Positions 32,879 to 42,479 of a stretch of 64,000 bases of DNA are shown piece by piece. The DNA lies in NCBI GenBank assembly GCA_016717325.1, contig JADKFV010000002.1, positions 135,661-199,660 of the forward strand, read 5' to 3'. Numbering within the stretch: the stretch's first letter is position 1; every line of letters starts with the position of its first letter. Below the pieces are notes generated by a model. That model was not told the DNA's origin. It did no database searches and worked only from the letters and a program-made list of their open reading frames with translations. Origin of the DNA: Bacteroidota bacterium (GTDB lineage: Bacteria; Bacteroidota; Bacteroidia; AKYH767-A; OLB10). The translations under genes were made by a program, and so were the position numbers.

Positions 32879-35065
32879 TCACTCCACCACCAACTTCCCG
32901 GTAAAGATTCTTCCGCCATCAATCACCACTTTATAAAAATAAATGCCGACCGATAAATTATTTTTTGATACTATAAATAGCTCATTGGTATTGATTGCTT
33001 TACGCGATTGATTGATTAATATTTTTCCCGTTACATCCATTATTTGAAGTTGCATAAAATCGTTTTCGCTTAAACCACCAATTTTTATTTGTGTAAAATT
33101 TGAAAATGGATTTGGAAATACGGTTACAAAATAATTGGCAGCAATGTTTTCATTAATGCCAACACCGCACATAAGCAAAGTATTAAAGCCATTTACCTTA
33201 CCATAACCCCACGTGTTGTTGGGTAATGCTAAGCCGGTACTTGTATCGGTTTTAGCAGCACAAATAATGTATTGCCTGAACTGTGCAGCGGTGAGCTGTG
33301 GATTTTTTTCTAAGAACAATGCACCAATGCCCGCAACAACAGGTGCAGCAAACGATGAACCACCCGAACCATAATGATAACATCCTTTTAAATTTTTATT
33401 ACTGGTTGCATTTGCTGCAAAGTATGCAAGTGGAAATGCTGCCATATTATACGAACCCGAAGCACACACTTCGGGCTTGGTGCGATTGTCACGTGTAGGG
33501 CCATGGCTACTGTTGCTTATGATACTACCCTTTGGCGAAAAGCCTACAAGACTTACCAACGAATCCTGACAATTGCGGTGACTGTTGCGATTTAGATAAT
33601 CCCCCACGGTAATCACTTCATCGAGGCATGCAAAACTACTTACGTTTGTCATCAGTGTATCGGGCAAAACATAATTTACAATTTCGGGATTAATTGCTGA
33701 AGAAGGCAATCCACTGTTTTCCATTCCTGTTTGGTAATTTGTATAAAGCAAATCCCACAAATCGAAACGGCCGTTGCCCGTAGCATTCAATCGCCATAAG
33801 TAAGAAGTGGAATCGGGAAAAATATAAAACTCCATCGAGTATGTGTTGCTTTGTTTCGACAAAAATCTTTCAATAATTCCAACCCGTTGGCCTTGCGCAT
33901 TTTTTAAGGTATCGTAAAAAGACTGATTTAAAATAGCAGGAATAAAATTGTAGGCTGTATTACCAACATAAGAATATGTTGATTTATTAGCATCGGCACC
34001 AATGGAGAATTGAATATTTTTCATGTCGGCACTATCGCCCCATGCCTGAATGTAAACACCAAGCCCGGGAATGAAACTTCCCAATGCATTATCAAATTTA
34101 AACCAGGTAAAATTTGTATCGCTTGTTGCTGTGTATCCCAAGTGATATGGGCGATTACCAAAATTTCCAATTGCACCAACCATCAATTGTCCGGGCTGGG
34201 TGGTGATAAGATTCTTTATCGCTTGTGCTTCGAGGTCGCGGCCATCGTGCGAACCATAGTAATCGCCAAGACTTGCATTAATAACACAAGGCTTGCCCAT
34301 GAGCGCGGCTTTTGCAAATATGTATGCAACTGCATCGGCAATGCGGCCAGGGGCACTACTACTAAAATCATATTTCACCATAATTATATCGGCATCGGGT
34401 GCTACTCCTTTGTTGGTGCCCGTGGCAAGGCCATTGCCTGCACCTACACCTGCTACATAAGTTCCATGCCCATCGGCCGCAACTTGTGTACAAGCACTGC
34501 CATCAATATCGGCAGCGGTAAATTCTTGTCCGTACGTGTATGGGGCAGGTGTATTACTATTTGCTGGTAACGAGTGGTCCCAAATAAATGCGATGCGTGT
34601 TTTGCCGGCAGTGTCCAAAAAATCAGGATGCAAATAATCGATACCGGTATCAATGAAACCCATCACTACATTTTTGCCGGTATACGGTTGTGTAAGCGGG
34701 CTCAATCCCTGATGTATTTCGTTTATGTTATTGTTCACACGCATGGTGTCGTTCAATGTCACATTGTGGGCGGGGCGGCTTTCAAGGCGTTGCACCCTTT
34801 CAGTGGTTATTAGTGTTGCAATTTTTCCAACTTGTATTTCCATGGCAACTATGTCTCCGGCAGTGTATTTTATTTTTGCCTGCAGCGATAGAGCTGTCTG
34901 CTTAATAGCATTCACATCGCCTTGCACAAACACACCCATCCATTCGCCACGATTGTCGGTGCGGGTAATTTTTTTGCTGATGTTATAATCGAAATTTGCT
35001 TTGTGTTGAGCATTCACTTGCGAAACAAATAGTGCAGCTAAAGCGATGATAAAAATTTTTCTCAT
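32879..35065 (-). CDS. S8 subtilisin-family serine peptidase with T9SS C-terminal domain.
   Basis: Catalytic triad contexts MGFIDTGID (Asp), GHGTYVAGV (His) and GGSSFAAPVVAG (Ser). Signal peptide. C-terminus VTVFPNPFSNFTQIKI...GIYFYKVVIDGGRIFTGKLVVE. Confidence 0.9.
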   Translation of the reverse strand: MRKIFIIALAALFVSQVNAQHKANFDYNISKKITRTDNRGEWMGVFVQGDVNAIKQTALSLQAKIKYTAGDIVAMEIQVGKIATLITTERVQRLESRPAHNVTLNDTMRVNNNINEIHQGLSPLTQPYTGKNVVMGFIDTGIDYLHPDFLDTAGKTRIAFIWDHSLPANSNTPAPYTYGQEFTAADIDGSACTQVAADGHGTYVAGVGAGNGLATGTNKGVAPDADIIMVKYDFSSSAPGRIADAVAYIFAKAALMGKPCVINASLGDYYGSHDGRDLEAQAIKNLITTQPGQLMVGAIGNFGNRPYHLGYTATSDTNFTWFKFDNALGSFIPGLGVYIQAWGDSADMKNIQFSIGADANKSTYSYVGNTAYNFIPAILNQSFYDTLKNAQGQRVGIIERFLSKQSNTYSMEFYIFPDSTSYLWRLNATGNGRFDLWDLLYTNYQTGMENSGLPSSAINPEIVNYVLPDTLMTNVSSFACLDEVITVGDYLNRNSHRNCQDSLVSLVGFSPKGSIISNSSHGPTRDNRTKPEVCASGSYNMAAFPLAYFAANATSNKNLKGCYHYGSGGSSFAAPVVAGIGALFLEKNPQLTAAQFRQYIICAAKTDTSTGLALPNNTWGYGKVNGFNTLLMCGVGINENIAANYFVTVFPNPFSNFTQIKIGGLSENDFMQLQIMDVTGKILINQSRKAINTNELFIVSKNNLSVGIYFYKVVIDGGRIFTGKLVVE

Positions 35066-35140
35066 TGAATTTTGTTTTTATGTTATGTAAAGATAACGAT
35101 TTAAAATATTTATAGTTACAAATGTTTTCGAATTTGATTG

Positions 35141-36523
35141 TTATTTTTTCCATGCTGCCGACACCGATGGATTGTTATTGAGCGATGCCAGTGCCGGTTC
35201 TTTGGCAAATCGTTGCACATCATTAAACCCAAGGCCTATTGCTTTAAGCATATCGGCTACTGCATTGGCTTCATTGTTTTGTTGCATGTTTACTATTGCT
35301 CCAAAATACCATGCCTCGGTATTGGTTTTATCGACATGTTTATACAAACTTACCCATCGTGCAGCTTCGGCAGGGTTGGTGTATAAATTTCTGTTGCTTA
35401 ACGAATAGGCTGCCAAACTCATGTAGCCTGCAACCCTGCTATACATTGCTGACTGAGGTGTTCTCATTTTGCTTTTGGGCTCTATTTCATTGTAGGTTTT
35501 TCGTATTGAGGCAATATCACCACGACTAATCTGGTCGCCAATTTGATTTTTTATTGAATTTTCTTCGGTAAGTAACGTTTGTTGTATACGTAGTTGTTTA
35601 TTGTAATCTGTTGAATTGGTTATTTCATTTAGTTGTTTCGCGAAAACAGAAACATTTGATTTTCCTGTAAGCAAATCGTTGGCGGTTTTAAGATACTGTA
35701 CTTTTAAAATTAAATCGCTTTCGGTTTTTATTTTTTGTAAAATATTTTTTTCGAACGATACCAATATGTTTTTGTTTTCAATGTTTTTGCTCATTAACAT
35801 TAAACTTTGCAATCCGGTTTCCATATCATTCACACTGCACCATTCGTGTTTACCATGAAATAGTAAGGTGCGTTTTGTAAAAATATTTTCGCTCAATGCA
35901 TCCATTCCATTCACCACATCGGTATAGTTCATATCGCTTGTGCCGGCCATACCAACAATGCTTTTCTTCGATTGTATATTATTTGTTTGTATGGGAAGCA
36001 TGGCAGATTGTGCCAGAGCACCTGATACAAAACCGAATTGACTTAGCGCATAGCAAGCCACTTTTGCTCCACCCGAAAAACCCACAACATAAATTTGTTG
36101 TGCATCGATATTCAATCTTTTTTGGCAATCGGAAAAAAGTGCGTCACAAACATTTTGAGTGGTAGGCCAGTCGTTGCCATTTTTTGAATTATTAGAACCA
36201 ACAAAAATAAAATTCAACGACTCGGCTAGCGACTTGTATTTTTCGAGTGGTAAGGCGCCATCGCCATGTGGGTCGAAAAAAAAGATTGCCCCTTTTTTTG
36301 TTTCTGGACTGTATTCCTTTGGCAAATAAAGTGCATATGATTGTGAAGCATCGGCAATGCAATCAATTTTTTTTATGACTTCGGTTTTTGCAAAATTTTC
36401 AGGCTTAACATCAATGGGTTGTGCGGTTGTTTCAGTTGTGGTTGTTTCCTTTTTTGGTTCCTGTGCATTGCATCCCAACACCAGCGAAAAGAGAATTATT
36501 CTTAAAATTATTCTGGATAGCAT
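35141..36523 (-). CDS. Alpha/beta-hydrolase (esterase-like) lipoprotein with an alpha-helical C-terminal region.
   Basis: LVLGC lipobox. GFSGG (G-x-S-x-G nucleophile elbow). FFFDPHGDG is reminiscent of PHB-depolymerase-family esterases. Confidence 0.55.
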   Translation of the reverse strand: MLSRIILRIILFSLVLGCNAQEPKKETTTTETTAQPIDVKPENFAKTEVIKKIDCIADASQSYALYLPKEYSPETKKGAIFFFDPHGDGALPLEKYKSLAESLNFIFVGSNNSKNGNDWPTTQNVCDALFSDCQKRLNIDAQQIYVVGFSGGAKVACYALSQFGFVSGALAQSAMLPIQTNNIQSKKSIVGMAGTSDMNYTDVVNGMDALSENIFTKRTLLFHGKHEWCSVNDMETGLQSLMLMSKNIENKNILVSFEKNILQKIKTESDLILKVQYLKTANDLLTGKSNVSVFAKQLNEITNSTDYNKQLRIQQTLLTEENSIKNQIGDQISRGDIASIRKTYNEIEPKSKMRTPQSAMYSRVAGYMSLAAYSLSNRNLYTNPAEAARWVSLYKHVDKTNTEAWYFGAIVNMQQNNEANAVADMLKAIGLGFNDVQRFAKEPALASLNNNPSVSAAWKK

Positions 36524-36535
36524 GAGGGTTTAATT

Positions 36536-37231
36536 TTAGGGTGTACTTAATGAAACCGGGATTATTTTTCCATTCATAACGTGATGCGATGCAATGGCGA
36601 AATTGTAAATATAGTCGGCCATGTCTTTTGCATTTACAGGTGCCTCGTAGCCCGGAAATGCCTGTGCAAGCATAGGAGTGTTTACTGCACCAAGGCACAA
36701 ACAGTTTGCCGCAATATTATGTTCCTTCAGTTCTTCGGCCATACATTCGGTGAGGGTACAAAGGGCTCCTTTCGATGAGCTGTATGCCGACAATCCGGCA
36801 AATTTAGAACTGCCTTGATAGCCACCCATACTGCCAATATTAACAATATGCTTTTTGTTTTTACTTGCTTTTAGCAATGGAAGAAGTTTCTGTACTAACA
36901 TTGCCGGAGCAAATACATTGGTGGCATATGATTTTTCAAAATCCTGCAATGTTATTTCTTCGAATGGCTCGCTGATTAATAAACCTGCATTATTTATTAA
37001 AATATCAAGATGATTGAAGTTGTTGTCTTTTAATATTTGTAAAAGATGTTCCGGTTCAGGGTTCGTAATGTCGTATACAGCTATAGTTATATTTTGAGGA
37101 TAATTATTTTTCAGGGCCAATAATGCTTTTTCGTTTCTCGATACCGCTACCACATTGTGTGCTTCACTTGCAAATCGTAAACTCAGTTCGTACCCTATGC
37201 CCGATGAACAGCCGGTTATTAAAACATTCAT
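36536..37231 (-). CDS. Short-chain dehydrogenase/reductase (SDR).
   Basis: VLITGCSSGIGYELS (TGxxxGxG), NNAG, and YSSSK (YxxxK). Confidence 0.85.
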   Translation of the reverse strand: MNVLITGCSSGIGYELSLRFASEAHNVVAVSRNEKALLALKNNYPQNITIAVYDITNPEPEHLLQILKDNNFNHLDILINNAGLLISEPFEEITLQDFEKSYATNVFAPAMLVQKLLPLLKASKNKKHIVNIGSMGGYQGSSKFAGLSAYSSSKGALCTLTECMAEELKEHNIAANCLCLGAVNTPMLAQAFPGYEAPVNAKDMADYIYNFAIASHHVMNGKIIPVSLSTP

Positions 37232-37324
37232 AAATTAATTTCATATAAATTATAGAGTGGCAATGTATAAAAAAAAATCGCCAGAAAAAATAATTCCTGA
37301 CGATTCAGCATTAGCATCTATTTC

Positions 37325-37825
37325 TTATCTTCTGCGCGGAGGAGGGCCATCGCCATCGTTCTTACGGTCGCGCAATTTATCGAGCAATTCTCTTTGAAAT
37401 TCTCTTTCGAGGCGGTAAAGCATGGCAACTTTTTTTACTGGCAAAACCGACTTAAATTGCGCATTGTATTTTTTAACCAGGTCGATTTCTTTTTGACGAT
37501 TGGCCATTTCGGTATCTATCATTTTTTCAACATCGGCATCGCTCATGTTTTTCAGTTCTTCTTTAAAGTCGACACCGGGCTTACGAAACTTGCGCAGTTC
37601 TTTCATTTCGTTATTAAACTGATTATAAACGGGCCAAAATTTTTGTGCTTCTTCAACAGTAAGGTCGAGCCTTTCGGTAATAAAAGCAATTTTAAATTTC
37701 TCAATTTTTTCTTCACGCTCCGGTTTACCGGGCTGTGCATTGGTAGATAATGTTGCGCTAAGCAAAAACAATATCACGGTTAACATTTTTAATTTTCTCA
37801 TTTTTATAATTCTTATTTTATTCAA
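37325..37825 (-). CDS. Periplasmic helical protein (Spy/CpxP- or DUF4890-like), last gene of an ECF sigma operon.
   Basis: Signal peptide. Charged helical repeats. Gene context. Confidence 0.4.
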   Translation of the reverse strand: MNKIRIIKMRKLKMLTVILFLLSATLSTNAQPGKPEREEKIEKFKIAFITERLDLTVEEAQKFWPVYNQFNNEMKELRKFRKPGVDFKEELKNMSDADVEKMIDTEMANRQKEIDLVKKYNAQFKSVLPVKKVAMLYRLEREFQRELLDKLRDRKNDGDGPPPRRR

Positions 37826-38261
37826 GTTGTGATTCTATATCCGATACATCAATATTCGATTCCAATAAATAATCAATCTCATCGGCCGATGTATTTTCGT
37901 TTTCAAATACCTTGGCATCAAGTGCTTCTACTATTAGCGACTGGTCTATGTTGTATACATAATCGCTTTGGTTTATATCATCGGCACTTAGTGGTTCAGG
38001 ATTTATTTGTCGTTTTACATTAAAATATATCATGATAGCAAAGCAGGAAGCAACAGCAAATGATGGTACCAATAATGAAGGTCTTAACAATCGCGACCAG
38101 GCCGATTTTAATTCTTTCTTTTTATTTATCCTATCCTGAATTTGTGAAGGCAAAGCATCAAAATATCCGGCAGGTGGCTTTAGCATATCATTCTTTTTTA
38201 TTGAATGTAATGTGCTGCTCAAATTTTTTAGTTCCTCGTTCCAGTCGTTATTGTTTTCCAT
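37818..38261 (-). CDS. Single-pass membrane protein, putative anti-sigma factor.
   Basis: One TM segment (LLVPSFAVASCFAIMIYF). Lies immediately downstream of the sigma factor gene. The stop overlaps the next gene. Confidence 0.4.
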   Translation of the reverse strand: MENNNDWNEELKNLSSTLHSIKKNDMLKPPAGYFDALPSQIQDRINKKKELKSAWSRLLRPSLLVPSFAVASCFAIMIYFNVKRQINPEPLSADDINQSDYVYNIDQSLIVEALDAKVFENENTSADEIDYLLESNIDVSDIESQLE

Positions 38262-38304
38262 TTTGCGTTTGTTGAATTTTTAGAGTTTGTTTTTTTTACT
38301 TAGT

Positions 38305-38855
38305 TTAATTTGATGTAATAAATTTTTCTATTTTTTTTACTGCATGATGATAATTGGCTTTTAAAGCGCCTGTTGTGAGGCCGGTAATTTTTGCCATTTC
38401 CTCATATTTTAATTCATCATAATATCGCATATTAAATACGGCACGTTGTTGACTTGGTAATTTTAATATCGCTTGCTGTAATTTCAATTCTAATTTATTC
38501 ACATCGATGCCTGCCGTACTAATCAATTTTTTTTCCAGTTCATTTGTAACATCATGTATAGGTAGGAAGAATTTATTTTTCTTTTTTTTCAAAACCCCAA
38601 TGCCTCATTGGTTGCAATGCGATATATCCATGTAAATAATTGTGAGTCTTCACGAAAATTATCAAGGGCATTCCACACTTTTATAAATGTATCCTGCACC
38701 AGGTCGTTGGCATCATCGTGGTCAACTACCATGCGCCTAACGTGATTGTAAACTTTTGCCTGATGTTTCAAAACGATGAGGTTGAAAGCGTAATTCCTGT
38801 TGTCGCCAGTGCGAAACATTTGCACTAATTCTACATCGTCATATTGGTTACTCAA
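38305..38855 (-). CDS. ECF-type sigma-70 factor. Frameshift in an A8 run at 38582-38589.
   Basis: 38589-38855 encodes region 2 (...DLVQDTFIKVWNALDNFREDSQLFTWIYRIATNEALGF). 38305-38592 encodes region 4 (LPSQQRAVFNMRYYDELKYEEMAKITGLTTGALKANYHHAVKKI). The two parts overlap at the poly-A tract. Confidence 0.8.
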
Positions 38856-38869
38856 TTCGGTTTTCAGTT

Positions 38870-39384
38870 TAAATGCAGTTTTTTTAAATGCAGTTTTTAG
38901 TTTAAGATTCGGTTTTTAGTTTATCGTTTCGATATGCAGTTTATAGTTTTTAGTTGCGTTTGATATGAGAATTGTTCTTAGTTATTAGTTACGTTTGCGG
39001 AGAAGAATGTTCTTTGTTCTTTGTTTCGTTTGAGGAGAAGATTGTTCTTTGTTCGTCATTGTAAGGTACGAAGCAATCTCTGCTCAGTCTTTTGTTTCGT
39101 TTGTAGTGCTTAAAGTTTTTAGTTGTTTACGTTTAAAATTTCTCGTCTTGCTAGTAAGTGGATTGCTATTATTCATCCATTGCAAACGGTAAATAAATTC
39201 CGCTGTATTTTAATTTTGAGTTTTAGATAAAAATTTTGTTTGCACTTATTACTTAGCAAAAAACTATGAAAGCTTTGTACTCGCAATGACGAACTGTGAA
39301 CAAAAAACTAAAAACAAAGAACTAAAACTATAAACTCAAAACTGTAAACCAAAAACAAAGAACTAAAAACTAACAACTCAAAAC
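38870..39384. repeat. Low-complexity intergenic region. It contains degenerate ~35-bp tandem units (cgtttg..gagaaga.tgttctttgtt) and an inverted complementary arm rich in aaactaaaaac/aaagaactaaaa.
   Basis: Read directly. 38900-39100 has at least 4 imperfect tandem units. 39290-39384 is approximately the reverse complement of that motif family. The stop codon of the tkt-C gene is embedded in ...aaaactcaaaac. Confidence 0.6.
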
Positions 39385-40341
39385 TCAAAACTTCCTCTTT
39401 ATTACTGCTAATACTTTCTCCACAATGGCATTTGAAGTTAGTCCGTACTTTACCATCAACTCTTCGGGCTTTCCACTTTCACCAAAGCTATCATTTACCC
39501 CAACAAATTCCTGTGGTGTGGGCAAATTGCGCGAAAGAAATTGTGCCACTGCATCTCCCAGTCCTCCGTTTAATTGATGTTCTTCGGCTGTTACCACACA
39601 CCCGGTTTTTTTTATTGAATTTAGGATGGCTGTTTCGTCTAATGGTTTAATGGTATGTAAATTTAATAGGTCGCACTGTATGCCTTGATGCGATAATATT
39701 TCTATTGCTTCTATGGCTTTCCAAACTAAATGTCCTGTTGCGCAAATGGTAACATCACTACCTTCATTCATTATAACGGCTTTGCCAATTTCAAAAACCT
39801 GATCGGTAGGGGTAAAGTTAGGAACAACGGGCCGTCCAAAGCGGAGGTATACCGGGCCATCATATTTTGCAATAGCAATGGTTGCAGCTTTTGTTTGGTT
39901 ATAATCGCATGGATTAATAACGGCCATTCCCGGCAGCATGCGCATAAGTCCAATGTCTTCGAGTATTTGATGTGTGGCGCCATCTTCGCCCAAAGTAAGG
40001 CCGGCATGGGAGGCACATATTTTCACATTCTTACCCGAGTAGGCTATTGATTGGCGTATTTGATCGTAAACCCTTCCGGTCGAAAAATTGGCAAACGTTC
40101 CAGTGTAAGGAATTTTGCCGCCTATGGTGAGGCCTGCAGCAATTCCCATCATATTTGCTTCGGCAATACCGCATTGTAAAAACCTGTCGGGGAATTCTTT
40201 TGCAAAGGCATCCATTTTTAGCGAGCCTGTAAGGTCGGCACACAATGCAACCACTGCAGGGTTAGTTTTTCCCAGTTCGAGCAAACCGGCACCAAAGCCT
40301 GAACGTGTATCTTTATTGTCTAGAACAGTATGTTTTGTCAT
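39385..40341 (-). CDS. Transketolase C-terminal subunit (pyrimidine-binding plus C-terminal domains).
   Basis: 318 aa. [14 protein letters not shown]... and LRFGRP are transketolase/DXS-like. Confidence 0.85.
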   Translation of the reverse strand: MTKHTVLDNKDTRSGFGAGLLELGKTNPAVVALCADLTGSLKMDAFAKEFPDRFLQCGIAEANMMGIAAGLTIGGKIPYTGTFANFSTGRVYDQIRQSIAYSGKNVKICASHAGLTLGEDGATHQILEDIGLMRMLPGMAVINPCDYNQTKAATIAIAKYDGPVYLRFGRPVVPNFTPTDQVFEIGKAVIMNEGSDVTICATGHLVWKAIEAIEILSHQGIQCDLLNLHTIKPLDETAILNSIKKTGCVVTAEEHQLNGGLGDAVAQFLSRNLPTPQEFVGVNDSFGESGKPEELMVKYGLTSNAIVEKVLAVIKRKF

Positions 40342-40451
40342 TCAATTTTTTGTTTGAGGCAAATCAATATTTATTTATGTTCACTTGCAAGCAGTGTTCA
40401 CAAGTGTATACATAATGTGGAAAAACTAAAGGTTTTAAAAACAGTGAATAG

Positions 40452-41945
40452 CTACTTTACTTCCTGCATCAATTTTTTTATTCCTACCGAAAGTACTATC
40501 AGTACAACACCTGCTATAAGTGCATACTCAGCGAGTTGTAAATATCCATCGGTGTAGGAGGTAAGTTTTGTCATCAGCGATGCATCTTTATCCGGAGTAG
40601 ACATGCCTGCACCAAGTAAGCCTGCAGCGTATTGACCATAAGCACTTGCCAGAAACCACATACCCATCATCATGCCCGATAAATGCTTTGGCGATAGTTT
40701 AGTCATGATGGATAAACCAATTGGCGATAAACACAACTCTGCAATAGTGATTACTAAATATGCAAATGTGAAAACATTCAATGATGCTTTGCCATCAGCA
40801 TCGACAAAGAATTTGTTATAGTAAAAAACATAGAACGATGCTGCTAAAAATAAAAATGCAATTCCAAATTTTATTACTGTGTTGGGTTCAAGTTTTTTCT
40901 TTGCCAGCCACAACCATAGCAATCCAATCAATGGACTAAAAATAATGACGAAAAAAGAATTTGATGTATTGTTTATTACATTGGGATCAATTTGTAATCC
41001 GGCAAGATTGAAGCGAAGATTTTTTTCGGCAAACAAAGAAAGTGACCCACCACTTTGCTCAAAGAAGGCCCAAAAAATGATGGAGAATAAAATAAATACC
41101 AATGCAGCAATTAATTTTTTTTGTGCGTTGATGTTTTTTGTTTTCACAACTTCGTACAAAAAATAAATCAAAGCAAGGGGTCCTACAGTGTACATAAAAT
41201 AATCTGTGTACGAAGTATTTTGTATCATGATTAATATGAGTGGAATACAAACTAATGCACCGATATACACAAATATTTCACGCATTTTTCGTTTGCTATC
41301 TTCTATGTGCAGCAATGGCGAATTACCAATAGGGCCTAAATATTTTTTAGTAATTGTAAAAGTTACTACGCCAATTATCATAACAATTGCTGCAGCCAAA
41401 AAAGCGTAACTCCAACTATGATACTTTCCTAAGTAAACACACAAAGCACCGCCCAGCAATGCGCCAATATTTATTCCCGAATAAAACAAACCAAAGCCGG
41501 CATCTCTGCGTGGGTCACCTTCTTTGTACAAGTCGCCAACCATTGATGAAATGTTAGGCTTAAAAAATCCTGTGCCAATTATGGAAAGCGTAATACCGAT
41601 GTAGAAAAATTCTTTTGGTGATGCAGCAATAATAAGGTTACCCACAATCATGATTATGCCTCCAAAGAATAAAGATTTTTTGAAGCCTAATATTTTATCG
41701 GCACAGATGCCGCCAATAAAAGTGAATGCATATACAAATGCCTGTATGGCTCCATACTTTAAATTGGCCTCCTTGTCGGAATAGGATAACCCTAATATTT
41801 TATCGGCCATAAAAATAGTGAGCACACCACGCATGCCATAGAAACAAAAGCGTTCCCACATTTCGGTAAGAAACAACATCCATAGTTGCTTAGGATATTT
41901 ACCTTCAAAATTTTGAATTTCGTCTAATGTCAATTCTTTATTCAT
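40452..41945 (-). CDS. Second POT/PTR2-family peptide transporter.
   Basis: QLWMLFLTEMWERFCFYGMRGVLTIFM. Polytopic membrane protein. Confidence 0.9.
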   Translation of the reverse strand: MNKELTLDEIQNFEGKYPKQLWMLFLTEMWERFCFYGMRGVLTIFMADKILGLSYSDKEANLKYGAIQAFVYAFTFIGGICADKILGFKKSLFFGGIIMIVGNLIIAASPKEFFYIGITLSIIGTGFFKPNISSMVGDLYKEGDPRRDAGFGLFYSGINIGALLGGALCVYLGKYHSWSYAFLAAAIVMIIGVVTFTITKKYLGPIGNSPLLHIEDSKRKMREIFVYIGALVCIPLILIMIQNTSYTDYFMYTVGPLALIYFLYEVVKTKNINAQKKLIAALVFILFSIIFWAFFEQSGGSLSLFAEKNLRFNLAGLQIDPNVINNTSNSFFVIIFSPLIGLLWLWLAKKKLEPNTVIKFGIAFLFLAASFYVFYYNKFFVDADGKASLNVFTFAYLVITIAELCLSPIGLSIMTKLSPKHLSGMMMGMWFLASAYGQYAAGLLGAGMSTPDKDASLMTKLTSYTDGYLQLAEYALIAGVVLIVLSVGIKKLMQEVK

Positions 41946-41979
41946 ACTTAAATTTTTGGTTTAGAAATTTTTGTGCAAG

Positions 41980-42336
41980 CTATTTTATTTTTATTTCGAT
42001 AAGTGGATTCCAGAATAATTTTTTGAATTCCACAACTTTATCTTCTGCTACTTTTATTCCTTCTTTTTCGAGCAACATTTGCATTTCGTTATTATTGCCA
42101 AAATGATGCTTGCCTGTCAACATACCATTTCTATTCACTACGCGGTGTGCAGGTACCTTTGGCCTGGCTGTGTGCGATGCATTCATTGCCCAGCCTACCA
42201 TACGCGATGTTCCTTTTGTTCCAATACTATTAGCAACCGCACCATATGAAGTTACCCTGCCCCTGGGTATTAATCTTACCACGGCATATACCATTTCAAA
42301 AAAATCAATTGTTGTTTTGTTTAAATTTTGTGGCAT
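41980..42336 (-). CDS. MGMT-family DNA-binding domain protein lacking the acceptor cysteine (alkyltransferase-like, ATL).
   Basis: 118 aa. Core ...PAHRVVNRNG... sits where O6-alkylguanine transferases have PCHRV. The helix-turn-helix region VVRLIPRGRVTSYGAVA is conserved. Confidence 0.6.
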   Translation of the reverse strand: MPQNLNKTTIDFFEMVYAVVRLIPRGRVTSYGAVANSIGTKGTSRMVGWAMNASHTARPKVPAHRVVNRNGMLTGKHHFGNNNEMQMLLEKEGIKVAEDKVVEFKKLFWNPLIEIKIK

Positions 42337-42479
42337 TTTTTTATTTTAAGTCTTCAATTTGTTAGCAAGTATAAAAATATTAGTTGGAAATATTAATAGT
42401 AGTAACTTAATTTGCCTTAGTCATTCGAGGTCACCTGCCTTTATATCTGAACAAAAAATCTTTTAAATTTTATATTCAT

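Noticed and set aside
38900-39100. Possible degenerate CRISPR array or tRNA/ncRNA gene in the low-complexity intergenic region.
   Set aside because: The ~35-bp units are too divergent, there are no spacer/repeat alternation lengths typical of CRISPR, and no cloverleaf-like GC-rich stems. It is kept as an unexplained repeat instead.
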